DNA of 64,000 nt, from contig CAWAUV010000007.1 of assembly GCA_963785305.1 (NCBI GenBank), positions 512,001 to 576,000 on the forward strand. Direction: 5' to 3'. The stretch is from an uncultured Planctomycetaceae bacterium. GTDB lineage: Bacteria > Planctomycetota > Planctomycetia > Pirellulales > PALSA-1355. Below the pieces are notes generated by a model. That model searched no databases, was not told the DNA's origin, and saw nothing but the letters and a program-made list of their open reading frames with translations. A program made the position numbers and the translations under genes. Below are positions 30,119 to 41,635 of the stretch, piece after piece (position 1 is the first letter of the stretch; each line of letters begins with the position of its first letter).

Positions 30119-31931
30119 TTAATGAGGAACGTAAAAGCCCCAAACCCAGGCGCCGGTGAAGATGGCGCTCGACTCGAAGAGCGCCCCCTTGATGCTCAAG
30201 GGGAACGGCTCGATCACATAGGGAGCGCAACTGCCCGGACGGTAGTAACCCAAGGTGTAAATGCATTCGTTCGGCGGATACACGCCCATATGGTAGGGTA
30301 GCAACAACACGTTCAGATAGAAATGGGCGCCCGAAAACACCGGCTGCAAGATCGGGTTCCACGAGTGGCCGTAGCGTTCGAGTTGCACATCCTCGAAGTA
30401 CATCGGCTTGTGGCACTGGCAGTTGGCTTTCCATGTGTAGAGGGTGGGCGCCCATTGGCGTTGGGCGAACTTTTCATTGCCCAGGGTGCATTCGCAGGGA
30501 AAGTCGCGGCCCTCGTCGCCGGTGACCCGAATATCGAGCGCGATATGGTCGATCGTATTGGCTTGCAGTTTTTCCAAGGCATTCACGCAGCTTAGCTTAT
30601 CGGCCCCGCAGGGCTGCGGAGTGCTCAGCGCTTCGGGCGTGGGCGCTGGCGGCGTGCCCGGCGGCTGCGCGCCCAGTGGATTGGGAATCGGTTCGCCATA
30701 TAGGTCCTGCCGCGGGCTCGGGGGCGACTCACTCTGATTCGGCGGCAACCCGGGATCGACGGTCATGGGTCGCGAGTCCTCGGGTAGAAAATCGCGTGGC
30801 CCCGCGCGCTCGGCGTCATCGCGTCGCCCGGCCCTGGCTCGGGCGATGGCAAAACACCAGGCGGCGAGGCGCCCGACGGGCTCGGTTCGCGCGGGGCAAA
30901 TGAATCGTCGAAGCGGCCACGCGCGGGCCCTTGATTCGCCGTTTGAATCACCTGAAAGCGATCCGTTTTGCTTGTCGCCACGAAGTCTTCGGTCGCCGAA
31001 TCGAAAGCGAACCGCACCTCGGTCTCACGGGACGAATTCGCCGCCGGACCACGCGCCGACCGTCGCGGCGCCTCGCGCACGATTTGCTCGCTCTCCGCCG
31101 TCGGGGATTCCGCGACCACTTCCATTCGTTCGGCCACCAGCTCGCGCTCCCTCGCGGCCGCGGGCTCGCGCATCGGCGCCGGCTCGCCCACAATCGCGCG
31201 CGATGGCTCGTCGCGGGCAAATAGCTTCCGCTCGTCGGGTCGCGAATTTTCGGGGGGTTGTTCATCGACCGTCATGCGAATCACATCGTCCGTGGCCGGT
31301 GGCGGCGTTGCCCGCGGCGGCTCAGCCACTATTGACGCATCGGTCGAACTAATTACTGGCGTCGCGGCGAATCGTTCCGCGGGCGCTGCGCCGCGGCGCG
31401 CGGCGCGCGGCGTCGGCGCAGGAGCGCCGGTTGAGCCGGCGGAGTTGCGAAGCGCTCGAGTTCCGCAAGCACATCGGCCGGCGGAGCGGGGTCGATGTCG
31501 GCTGGCGATGATTTTTTGTCGGCCGTCGCTCGCGCTTCGGGCTTGTTGCGAGCACGGGGATTCGTCTCGGGCGGCGCTGGCGCTTGCGAGGCTGCCGTTC
31601 GCGGATTCGCCGCGGAAGCACGCTTTTGCGATCGCCAGATGAGTCCCCCGGCGTGGCTGTCGCTCTCGGCGTTGGTCGGCGAGGCGCTTGACGAAGAAGT
31701 GAACGATGAAGTCGGCGATGAAGTCGCGGACGAAGTGGAGGTTGAACTGTTTGGCGCCGACGCCGGCGGGGCGTCGGGCGCCGCGGCCGAGGGCGATCGC
31801 CACACCACGCCGCCGGAGAGCGGATCGGCCATGGCCAGGGGAATCGCGGCGCCCGCCGCGAGCACGAGCGCCAGCGACCGCGCGACATGGCGGCGCCAAC
31901 TCCGGCTCGCGCCGACGAGGCAGCGTGACAA
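30119..31931 (-). CDS. planctomycete-type secreted protein with long disordered linker and Cys-rich C-terminal domain (frameshifted, start approximate)
   Basis: Signal-like N-term (ORF 31353..32078), Pro-rich middle (30763..31899), [23 protein letters not shown]...[13 protein letters not shown] (30119..30766). Confidence 0.65.
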
Positions 31932-31947
31932 ATCGTTGATCGGGCTG

Positions 31948-33421
31948 CTAGCTCTCCGAGCCATGCTCGGTGCTGTAGTTGGTCGCTTCTTGCGTAATCG
32001 TGATATCATGGGGATGGCTCTCCCTAACCCCGGCGGCCGTGATTTGAATAAACCGCGTCTTGGTGCGGAGGTCTTCAATCGTGGCGGCGCCGGTGTAACC
32101 CATGCCGGCTCTTAGTCCGCCGACTAGTTGATAAACGTAACTGTTTAAGGGGCCTTTGAACGGCACCCGACCCTCGACCCCCTCGGGCACCAATTTGCCG
32201 GGCATGCGTTCGGCGCCCTGGCGATAGCGTTCGCTCGAGCCCTTGACCATCGCGCCGAGCGAGCCCATGCCGCGATAGGTTTTGAAGCTCCGTCCTTGAT
32301 AGAGAATCTGTTCCCCTGGACTCTCCGCCATGCCCGCGAACAGGCCACCGACCATGACCACATGCGCCCCGGCGGCGATCGCCTTGGTGATATCGCCCGA
32401 GTAGCGGATGCCGCCATCGGCGATGATCGGCGTGCCCGATTCCTCGGCCGCCTTGCGGGCATCGGCGATCGCCGTGATTTGCGGCACGCCGACTCCGGAG
32501 ATGACGCGCGTGGTGCAGATCGAACCGGGCCCGATGCCGACTTTCACGGCGTCGACCCCGGCGGCGATCAGATCGCGCGCTCCCTCGGCGGTGGCGACGT
32601 TTCCCGCGACCACGTCGATATCCCAGCGTTTCTTGATGTTTCGCACCGTTTCGATCACATTGGCCGAGTGGCCGTGGGCGCTGTCGACCACGAGCACATC
32701 GACATCCTTTGCCAGCAAGCTTTCGATGCGTTCGTAGTCATGCACGCCCACGGCGGCGCCGACCCGAAGCCGGCCTTTGCTGTCTTTGCAAGCGTTGGGA
32801 AAACGCTTCATCATGTCGATGTCTTTGATCGTAATCAGGCCGGTCAGGGTATTATCTTCGTCAACCAGCAAAAGCTTCTCGACCTTTTTTGTCATTAAGA
32901 TCTTCTCAGCTTCCGCAAGCGTTACAGTCCCCGTGGCGGTGACGAGGTGCTCGCGCGTCATGACAGCAGCGCAGGTCAGGTCGCCGTTTTCCAGGAATCG
33001 CAGGTCGCGCACGGGTGATGATGCCCACGAGTTGCCGGTTGCCCTGGGTGATCGGCACTCCGGAAACATGATGCTGATCCATCACTTCGCGGGCCCGGGT
33101 CACGGAGGCCTCGGGCGGCAGCGTGACCGGATCGGTGATGATCCCGTTGGCGCTCCGCTTCACCTTGTCGACTTCCTCGGTCTGGCGAGCGACGGACATG
33201 TTTTTGTGAATCACGCCCAGGCCGCCTTCTTGGGCGAGCGCGATCGCCATTTCGCTTTCGGTCACGGTGTCCATCGGCGAGCTAAGCAGCGGGATATTCA
33301 AGCGAATGCGGCGCGTCAGCCGAGTCGAGACATCGACCTCGCTGGGCACAACCGTGGAATATCGTGGTTCGAGCAGCACATCGTCGAAGGTAATTCCCAC
33401 GCGACCGATTTTGTCTTGCAT
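31948..33421 (-). CDS. guaB: IMP dehydrogenase with CBS domains (one frameshift)
   Basis: [44 protein letters not shown]. Confidence 0.96.
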
Positions 33422-33708
33422 GCGTTCCCTCCCAAACTGGAACTTGCGAAATCGCGGTCCCAAAAGCAAACAACGACCGGCGGCGCCGCTTCCGAAGCCC
33501 GCCGCGACTTGCGCTCGAACGCGCGGCGCGATTCACCGCGCGTTCGATGCAAACCGCGGGCAAGTCCGCGACGCCCCGGCCGCCGAAAAAGAGTGCCGAA
33601 ATTATGCCGGCCTGGGGCCAAAATGGCAACGAGCTACCTCGAGCGGCCCGATAACACGGGAGCGACTCACTTGGCGCCCGTCTCGCCCCCCGCCGCGCGC
33701 ATCGCCCG

Positions 33709-33793
33709 CACAAGCCTGAAAGCGCCCGCGAAGAAAGACGAAATCTAGCGGCCGACGAAGCGGACATGCATTCGCTGGCGCTTCAGGCTTGTG
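33709..33793. repeat. inverted REP-like doublet
   Basis: CACAAGCCTGAAAGCGCCCGCGAA (33709-33732) and TTCGCTGGCGCTTCAGGCTTGTG (33771-33793) are near reverse complements. Confidence 0.7.
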
Positions 33794-33822
33794 TGGGGAA
33801 GTCTCCCTCCCGGCCCTTGGCG

Positions 33823-34953
33823 TTACACCCGGCGCAGCTTGGTCACGCGGCCGTAGGGCAGCCATTCGGCCACATAGATATCGCCGGCGCGATCCCAAGT
33901 GGCGCCGTGCGGGCAGCAGAAGGCGCCGGCCGTGAGGTCGTCGCGCTTCACGCCGTTGTTGGCTCGCTGCGACACATTGGGATTGTCGCCGAGCTGCACG
34001 ATCACGTTGTTCGCCTTGTCGAGCACCGTGACCCGTCCGCGCAGGTCGGGCACCAACAGCTCTTCGCCGCGGAGGCTGAAGTGGCAGGGTCGCCGAAATT
34101 TGCCATCGTCGCCGGCGGCGCTGGGGTCGTTGGTCACCAGGTGGTCGAGCTTGCCGTCGAGCGTGAAATACTGCAAGCGGTGATGCTCGCGGTCGGCCAC
34201 CACGATCAGCGGATTGGCGGCGTCGCGCGTGTCGCAGTAGATGCCGTGGGGACACGCGGTTTGGTCGTCGGCGTTGCCTTTGCCGCCAAAGGAGCCGAGC
34301 AGCTTGCCGTGGATATCGTAGCGGTGGATGAAGCCGGCGCCGTAGCCATCGGTCACGTAAAAATCGCCGTTGGGGGCGAATGCCGTGAATGTGGGCACAT
34401 AGGGATTCGGGCTGTCGTAACACGGCTTGCCGGCGGCGTCGCGCGCTTCGGCCGGATAGTCGAGCGTGAGAACCACATTGCCCTTGAGGTCGGTCTTATA
34501 CACCTTGTGCTGGCCGGTCGCCGCCAGATAGAGAAACTCTTCGGAGCCTTCCTTGCGCAGGTCCATGCCGTGCGCGGCGCCGGCGTATTGGTCGCCCCAC
34601 GACTCGATGAACTTGCCATCGGGATCGAAAATACATACCGATTGTTTGCCGGTGTGATGCACCAGAATGCGCCCGTCGGCGGCTTCTTGCACGGCGTGGG
34701 TATTGCCGAAGTGGATATGGTCGGGCAGCTTGGCCCAGCCATCGACCACTTCATAGGTGTGGGCGCCCGAGCCGACGATCAGCGGCTTGGAGCCCGACTT
34801 GTCTTGGGCGCCGACAATCGCGGGCGCGGCGAATTCCTTGACCATGGAAAATCCTGCCAGCGCGGCGCCGGCCCCGAGCAACGAACGACGCGAAACGGCT
34901 GGGGAAGACGATGTTTGGGCTGAATCGGGTTTACGAATGCGGGGCGAAGACAT
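33823..34953 (-). CDS. Tat-exported NHL-repeat beta-propeller protein
   Basis: SRRSLL twin-arginine motif; YVTDGYG, CPHGI, VADREHHRLQ, CPHGATWD. Confidence 0.85.
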   Translation of the reverse strand: MSSPRIRKPDSAQTSSSPAVSRRSLLGAGAALAGFSMVKEFAAPAIVGAQDKSGSKPLIVGSGAHTYEVVDGWAKLPDHIHFGNTHAVQEAADGRILVHHTGKQSVCIFDPDGKFIESWGDQYAGAAHGMDLRKEGSEEFLYLAATGQHKVYKTDLKGNVVLTLDYPAEARDAAGKPCYDSPNPYVPTFTAFAPNGDFYVTDGYGAGFIHRYDIHGKLLGSFGGKGNADDQTACPHGIYCDTRDAANPLIVVADREHHRLQYFTLDGKLDHLVTNDPSAAGDDGKFRRPCHFSLRGEELLVPDLRGRVTVLDKANNVIVQLGDNPNVSQRANNGVKRDDLTAGAFCCPHGATWDRAGDIYVAEWLPYGRVTKLRRV

Positions 34954-35103
34954 GGGCAAGGGTTCCGCTGCAAGTGGGAGTGGGGGCGGAGAAAACGGAC
35001 AAGAGCCGCGCCGCCCGAACCATTCGCCCGAGCAGCGCGACGAACCCGATTATCCCTCAAACCGCGAGCACAATCAATCGGCGCACATCATGGAAAGCCG
35101 CCA

Positions 35104-36285
35104 CTATCGCGCAGCTCCGTCGGCGGCGGCGCCCGGCCCGAATTGCACACAGACCGGGGCGCCCAGCGTGATCGAGCGGCCGGTGGGCGAGAGCTTGCCG
35201 GATTGCTCGTCGATCGCGAGCACCACCACATTGTTCGAGTCCTGATTCGCCACCAGCATCCAGCGGCCGGTCGGATCGATGCGGAAATGGCGCGGCGCCG
35301 CGCCACCGCTCGGCTCGTGACCCCGGGCGGTGAGTCGGCCCGACGAGGCATCGCAATCAAACAGCGCGATACTGTCGTGGCCGCGATTGGAAACATAGAT
35401 GAACCGGCCGTTCGGATGCGCCGCGACTTCGGCCGTGGCGTTGGCGCCGGAGAAGTGGGGCGGCAAGGTCGAGAGCGATTCGAGCTCCGTGAGTCGGCCT
35501 TGCTCCGGGTTCCACGCATAGGCGACCAAGCGGCTGCTGGTCTCCATGTTGGAATACAGGAACCGGCCCGCGGGATGAAATACCGAGTGTCGAGGACCGC
35601 TGCCGGCCGGCGTGGCGACAAACGGTGGTTCCGCGGCGGTGAGTCGCGCCTGCTCGGCGTCGAGCCGGTAGACCAGAAGTTCGTCGAGGCCCAAATCGGC
35701 CGACACGGCGAAGCGATCGTCGGGCGAGGCATTGATCGAATGCGCGTGCGGCGCGCTGGCGGCGGCGCCTTGAGGCGCGGCTTGTCGCACGAGTTGGGTC
35801 GCGTCGCCCAGGCTGCCATCGGCGTGAATCCTCAGCGCGGCGACCACGCCGGTGTTGTAATTGGCCACAAGCAAACATTTACCTTGCCGATCGACCGCGG
35901 CATAACAAGGACCGCCGCCGCACGCCGCGCGCTCGCCGAGTTGGCTCAGCTTGCCACTGGCTTGGTCGACGGCGAAGGCCAAGACTCCACCGGCGAGCGA
36001 GCCTTCTTGCAAAACGGCGTAGAGTGTCCGCCCCGCCGCGTCGAGCGTGATGAATGAAGGATCGCCCACCTTGGCAACCAGCGACGCGGGACTCAAGACT
36101 CCGGTCGCGGAGTCGAACTCGGCGTGGTAAACGCCTTCGCTTCCGGCGCGAGAGTATGTTCCGAAGTAAACATGCCGGCACGCATCGGGCGCCGCGCCGC
36201 GGGCGAATTGCAGCGCTAGACGCGAGACGCAGGCGATCGCAAGCAAGGCGATGAGGATTCGGACTGTTGGCGATATGATGCGCAT
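35104..36285 (-). CDS. lactonase family protein (6-phosphogluconolactonase/cycloisomerase 2)
   Basis: YFGTY, ANYNTG, PHAHS, GSGPRH, SNRGHDSI, PRHF, ANQDS. Confidence 0.9.
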   Translation of the reverse strand: MRIISPTVRILIALLAIACVSRLALQFARGAAPDACRHVYFGTYSRAGSEGVYHAEFDSATGVLSPASLVAKVGDPSFITLDAAGRTLYAVLQEGSLAGGVLAFAVDQASGKLSQLGERAACGGGPCYAAVDRQGKCLLVANYNTGVVAALRIHADGSLGDATQLVRQAAPQGAAASAPHAHSINASPDDRFAVSADLGLDELLVYRLDAEQARLTAAEPPFVATPAGSGPRHSVFHPAGRFLYSNMETSSRLVAYAWNPEQGRLTELESLSTLPPHFSGANATAEVAAHPNGRFIYVSNRGHDSIALFDCDASSGRLTARGHEPSGGAAPRHFRIDPTGRWMLVANQDSNNVVVLAIDEQSGKLSPTGRSITLGAPVCVQFGPGAAADGAAR

Positions 36286-36661
36286 GTTGGCAATCCGCAA
36301 ATAAATGGTTTTAAAATTTCAAGACAACGCGATATCGGGAACTCGATCATAGTTCGCTCGATCGACGCGTGGCAAACGCGCTCGGCGATTGGGGAGCGGC
36401 TGGGCCCATGATTCGGCGTCTCGCGAGGGCTGCTTGACCGCGCCGGGGTGGATCGCTCTATTGAATTTGTCGCCCCGGCGTCGAAAAATTAGTCGACCCG
36501 CACATTCGGGGAGAGCCGGGCGACGCCGACGGGCGGGCGATGCCGCCATCGGGAGTTCCTCCCCAAACGCCTCGTCCGGGCATTTTTTGAACCCTCCGGA
36601 TTTTTCGCGACGCCTATTTTCGGCGCGCTGCGGTTTCGCGATCCTCGATTGAAGGGGCACC

Positions 36662-37039
36662 ATGGGGCTGCGTTTATTAGTCGCCGACGATAACCAAGAC
36701 ACTGCCAATAGTCTGGCGCGCCTCCTGACGCATGAAGGGTTCGAGGTTCAGGTCGCCTTCGATGGTCGCACGGCGCTCGACACCGCGATGGTGTTTCGGC
36801 CCGATGTGCTGATTCTCGATATTCGCATGCCCAGCATCGATGGACTCCAGTTGGCCCACCGCCTGCGCGGCATGCCTGAATTCCAAGGCAAGCTCTTTAT
36901 TGCCCATAGCGGTTTTTCGGAGCAAGAAGATCTCGACCAAGCGTCGCGGGCCGATTTCGACGAATACCTCGTCAAGCCGTTCTCCTGGACCACGCTGATG
37001 ACGATTCTCAACGAAGCGACCGAACGCCTCGGCAAGTAG
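36662..37039 (+). CDS. single-domain response regulator
   Basis: VADDN, LDIRMP, KP receiver motifs. Confidence 0.88.
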   Translation: MGLRLLVADDNQDTANSLARLLTHEGFEVQVAFDGRTALDTAMVFRPDVLILDIRMPSIDGLQLAHRLRGMPEFQGKLFIAHSGFSEQEDLDQASRADFDEYLVKPFSWTTLMTILNEATERLGK

Positions 37040-37109
37040 ACACGCGCGGCCCCGCGGCCTATCGTAAACGCATTCCCAGCGAATCCACCCGCGGAGCCGT
37101 GAATGTCTT

Positions 37110-38291
37110 ATGCCGACCAAACATGTTGTGCTCACCGACCAAGCCCGCTCGCTCGACTGGCCCGAACTCACGCTCGGCTCGCATGAAGTCGGCGGCCCGG
37201 CCCGCGGATACCTGGTGCATAAGCGGCGGCTCGAGGGCGGGCTTTCCTCGGGCGTGGAGATGGTGGAGGTCGACAACGGCCGCCTCCGCTTCCGCCTCTT
37301 GCCGACGCGCGGCATGGCCTTGTGGAAGGCGTGGCTGGGCGATATCGAGTTCGGGTGGCGCTCGCCGGCGCGGGGGCCGGTGCATCCGGCGTTTGTTCCG
37401 GTGGGCGAGCCGAGTGGTCTCGGTTTTCTCGACGGCTTCGACGAACTGCTCACCCGCTGCGGTTTGAGCAGCAACGGAGCGCCCGACTTCGACGCCCGCG
37501 GCAATCTCGCCTTTCCGCTGCATGGCCGCATCGCCAATTTGCCGGCCCATTATCTCGATGCGACCATCGATGGCCAGTCGGGCGAGATTCGCATCACGGG
37601 CGAAGTCGCCGAGACACGGTTCCTGGTGCGCAACTGGAAGCTCCGCTCGAGTATTGTCACTCGCGTCGGCCAAGCGGGCTTCACGATCGAAGACGAAGTG
37701 ACCAACGCCTCGGGTCGGGCCGACGAGTTTCAGTTGCTTTATCACATCAATCTCGGCCCACCGCTCTTGGAAGAAGGCGCGGAGTTTTCGGCGCCGGTCA
37801 AGGAACTGGCCCCGCGCAACGCGCGCGCGGCCCAAGACACGGCCACTTGGAATCGCTATGCCGCTCCGCGAGCCGGCTATGCCGAGCAAGTGCATTTCAT
37901 GACGCTGATGGCCGACGAGGAACAGCGTGTCCAAACACTGCTCGCCAATCGCGCCGGCACACTCGGCTTTTCGCTCAAGTACCCGATCGCCCAGTTACCG
38001 TGGTTCGTGCTCTGGAAGAACACGGGCGCCGAGGAAGACGGCTATGTGACGGGCCTCGAGCCGGCCACGAATTTTCCCAACCCGCGTTCGTTCGAAAAAC
38101 AGCAGGGGCGCGTCGTGCGACTCGAGCCGGGCGAGTCGGCCAAGTTTTCGCTCGAATTCTCCCTGCTGTCGAGCGCCGATGAGGTGGGCGCCGCGCGCCG
38201 CGATAGCTCGCATTCAAGAGCGCGGCGAAATCGTAACACATCGCGATCCCAAGCCGGGCTGGAGCGCGGGCGCCGGTTGACGGGCTGTTGA
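37110..38291 (+). CDS. aldose 1-epimerase-like protein (DUF4432 type)
   Basis: LPTRGM, LHGRIAN, LYHINLG, YVTGLEPATNFPN; possible frameshift near the C-terminus. Confidence 0.85.
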   Translation: MPTKHVVLTDQARSLDWPELTLGSHEVGGPARGYLVHKRRLEGGLSSGVEMVEVDNGRLRFRLLPTRGMALWKAWLGDIEFGWRSPARGPVHPAFVPVGEPSGLGFLDGFDELLTRCGLSSNGAPDFDARGNLAFPLHGRIANLPAHYLDATIDGQSGEIRITGEVAETRFLVRNWKLRSSIVTRVGQAGFTIEDEVTNASGRADEFQLLYHINLGPPLLEEGAEFSAPVKELAPRNARAAQDTATWNRYAAPRAGYAEQVHFMTLMADEEQRVQTLLANRAGTLGFSLKYPIAQLPWFVLWKNTGAEEDGYVTGLEPATNFPNPRSFEKQQGRVVRLEPGESAKFSLEFSLLSSADEVGAARRDSSHSRARRNRNTSRSQAGLERGRRLTGC

Positions 38292-38301
38292 GCTTCGTCG
38301 G

Positions 38302-39688
38302 TTATCCCAACGATTGGCTCGGCCGCGGTTCCTTGCTTGGCTCGGGAACGCGCGGCAGCAGTCCGGCGCCCATCACGCGCGTGATCATGCCCAAGTAAAA
38401 GAGATACTGGTAGCGATTCAGGTCCCAGTCGAGCACGCGCATCGTCTGGCCGCGAAGCATGTCAAACGCCAGCCCGCCCAGAATGGTGCTGACGCCGAAA
38501 AAGAGGCCCGTCGCGGCGAAATACGCGGCCACCGCGGCGCCCGATCGCTCGGGCGGCGCGAGATCGAGCAGTAGCTTGGGTACTCCGATATTGATACCGG
38601 CGTAAGCGATCCAAGCGGCCCAAGCCAAGCCAATCGGCCAGAGGCGGTTTTCGTCGGCGAATAAATAGCCGGCCAACCCCAGCCCGACGATCACTTGGCA
38701 CACGACCATCAGGTTGCGAACGCCGCGCCGATCGGCGCCGGCCGATGAGGGGGCTGGCGAGCGATTGCCCCCAGCTTGTCGCCGAGCGCAAGAACAGGCT
38801 CGTCAGAAGATTCAACTCAAGGATATTGATGACGAACAGATTCTGCGCGGTTTGGCTGAAACCATTGAAAAACGAAAACCAGCAGCCGTAGGTCATCAAT
38901 CGCGATACGCCGGGATCGGTAAACATCGCGAGCGTTTCGCGCCACGCGGCGGGCGAGCGGCGCCGCGGAGCTTCGAGCGAGCCGAGGGTCATGGACTCCT
39001 TGGCGCCCGCGGCCGGCAAGTAGAGGAGCATCATGGCCGCCGCGAAGAGCGAAATCGCGCCCCAGGCGGCGAGTGTCGCATAGGCGATGGCCTTGGCTTC
39101 GGGGTCTGGCTGGGTTTCGCGCGGATAGGCCCATAGTCCGCCGGCGAGCATCGCCAAGGTTCTCGCCCCTTCGAAACAGCAGGCGCGCGTGCCGATAAAG
39201 GTTCCCAAGCACTCGGCGTCGATCAGCGCCTTGAGCCAGCTCCAGAGGGCGACCGTGCCCATGTAGTCGAGCAGGTGATAACAGCACCAAAGAGCGATGA
39301 TTCCAGCCAGCGCCAGATGGGCCGCCCGGCCCCCGAGCGCCGTGGGATCGACGCCCAGGGCGACGACCGGCAGCCCTCCGAGCAGCGCCGCGCCGCCGAG
39401 CGAAGCCAGGATGCAAAACCGCTTGCGAGCCAGGGCGTCGTGAGTAAAGCGAACAGCCGCCACGCGCGCCATGCCCACGAAACTGGGCGCCGCGAGAATC
39501 ACGCTCACGCCGAGCCCGGCGACACCGAGCGCCCGCACCAGATAAACGACGACAATCGTGCTCACGAGCCCGCTGCCGACGCCAGCCATCGCGGCCTGGG
39601 CCAAGGCGGGCCACCAGCGAAAAACGCGGCGAAACGACCCGCCGCGGACGGCGCCATGCTCGGCGATAGCAGTGCTCTCGAGCGACAT
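38302..39688 (-). CDS. MFS transporter (frameshifted)
   Basis: Multiple TM helices across ORFs 38462..39802 and 38302..38709. Confidence 0.75.
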
Positions 39689-39940
39689 GTCGCAAGAATA
39701 GGCGTGGAGCGCCAAGATCGCAAGCCGGCGTTGGGAACCACCGAGAACGGCCGCGTGTTTACGCCCCGGCGCTTGACCGCGATTTTGTTGGCATGCTATC
39801 ACTAGATGGTAGCGGCGCCTCCGCTACTGCCCGCGGGCAGCGCCCCACCCGGTGTTTTTCTTCCTGCCCCCGAGCGAGATGGCCCCGCGTTGATTTGCCC
39901 CGAGCGGGTCGGGCCTCTTGCCGCGCACGACGAACTTTCT

Positions 39941-40619
39941 ATGGCTCATCTTACTCTTCGCGTGATCGACGGCGCTGATCGCGGACGTGTCTACGAGAGC
40001 CTGCCCACGCCGGTCACGATCGGGCGCGAAGAGGGCAATTCGATCCAGCTCAACGACGAACGCGTCAGCCGCTTCCATATCAAGATTCAGGAGGATATGG
40101 AAAAGATCGTGGTCACCGACCTCGAAAGCACCAACGGCACACGAGTCAACGGCGAGGATGTGCAGCTACGCATCTTGCGCTATGGCGACATCATCAGCCT
40201 CGGCCGCACGATGTTGCTCTATGGCGCTCGCGAACAGATCGCCCAGCGATTGGCCGACTTGCGTGGGGCCGGGCCACCGACCGGAAGCTACTCGCCGACC
40301 GACTCACGGCGGCTGGATCTCGCATTTTCGCTCGACTTCGAATTGAACTGGACCGACGACCCGCTCGCCCAAAGCGCGCTGCATACGCTGGCCCCGCCCG
40401 AACTACCCGCCCGGCTCAGCCCAGGCCAAGCGGCTCAACTCAGCGAACTGATCGAGTATTTGCATTTGCGAATTCGGTCGCTGCTCGAATCGGTGGAAAC
40501 CAGTGGCGACGACGAACGAGTGACGCTCGGCGCGCGAGTGGCAGAACCTGATCGACACCCAGGCGCGACTGGCCGGCTATCTTCGTCTGATCGGCCGCCC
40601 TGGCGACGACAACGACTGA
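39941..40619 (+). CDS. FHA domain protein (frameshift near C-terminus)
   Basis: TIGRE, VSRFH, DLESTNGTRVNG, GDII. Confidence 0.88.
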
Positions 40620-40647
40620 TGGCCCCCGGGGCGATGGCCTTCGGGTC

Positions 40648-41539
40648 TTAAGCTTCAAGCTCAAGCCCGCGGTCGGTGATGCGAAACGGCACGATCTCGT
40701 CGCCGCACGCGCTGCCGCGGTGCTTGGCCACATGCAGCGCGCGGCGCATGCGATGCCCATCGCGCAGCTTGCCGAGGCAGAGAATCGTGTTGGCGCCGGC
40801 GAGAATATCGCCATCGTCGAGCGGCCGTTCGATCAGCGGCTCGAGCATCGACTCGTGCGTTGTATAAAGCAGCAGGCAGGCGACTTGACGGTGGTCGTAG
40901 GCATGGGCCGCCACCTCGTCCGCCCGCGCGAAACTGCTGCCGAAACAGATCGCGGGCCACCCAGTCGCTCTCCTTGCGCAGGATTTGGTGGTAGATGTAC
41001 TCGAAGAGCTCGAACTGAATCGACTGGCTTTGCCGATCGGCCGGGTCGACGCCATCGATCACCGCCCGACGCACTCCGCGGGCAAACGCGCCATAGAAGA
41101 ACGCGATGGTCACATCGAGTCGCGCCGACAACTGGGCCTGCCAATCGTGCCAGGTGTCGAAATCCACGTCGCGCCGCGACATCCGGCGGCCATCGTTGCG
41201 AAACACATGCAGATATTCGGGCGCCGGCCGGGCGGGATCGAAAAAGTCGTCGAGCGGCGTGCTTTGCTCGGGGTCCTGCGAGGCCAATCGCCAGCCGAAC
41301 ATCCGCTCGGCATAGGCGGCATGGTTTTGCGAATCGACCCGAGCGTGCATATCGAAGATCACGCCGCGCTGGCCTTCGGCCTCGGCGCCGGCAGCGGCGA
41401 ACTGCAAGCCGAGTTGCGTTTTGCCGATGCCGGTGGCTCCCATCACCACGGTGAGCGTGCCGGGCATGAGGCCGCCTCCGAGCAGCGAGTCGAGCCACGG
41501 AATTCCGCTCGAAACACGCGTCGACGAATCGTTGCCCAT
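40648..41539 (-). CDS. single-domain KaiC/RAD55-like RecA-superfamily ATPase (one frameshift)
   Basis: [23 protein letters not shown] Walker A, VIDG Walker B, KHRGS...F.IT..GL. Confidence 0.85.
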
Positions 41540-41635
41540 GCCGTGGCGATACTTTCCTGGCGAAAAGGGAGATAACGAAGACGTGCGTCGCCGCCGCCGC
41601 GGGAAGGCGCCGGCGGCCAGCGCGTCGTCGACGCG

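Noticed and set aside
22837..33421. Pseudogene calls for tpiA, gmk, guaB, coaC and yicC
   Set aside because: Housekeeping genes with intact motifs and isolated indels; more parsimoniously sequencing error
40648..41539. Circadian kaiC
   Set aside because: Only one ATPase domain and no kaiA/kaiB neighbours
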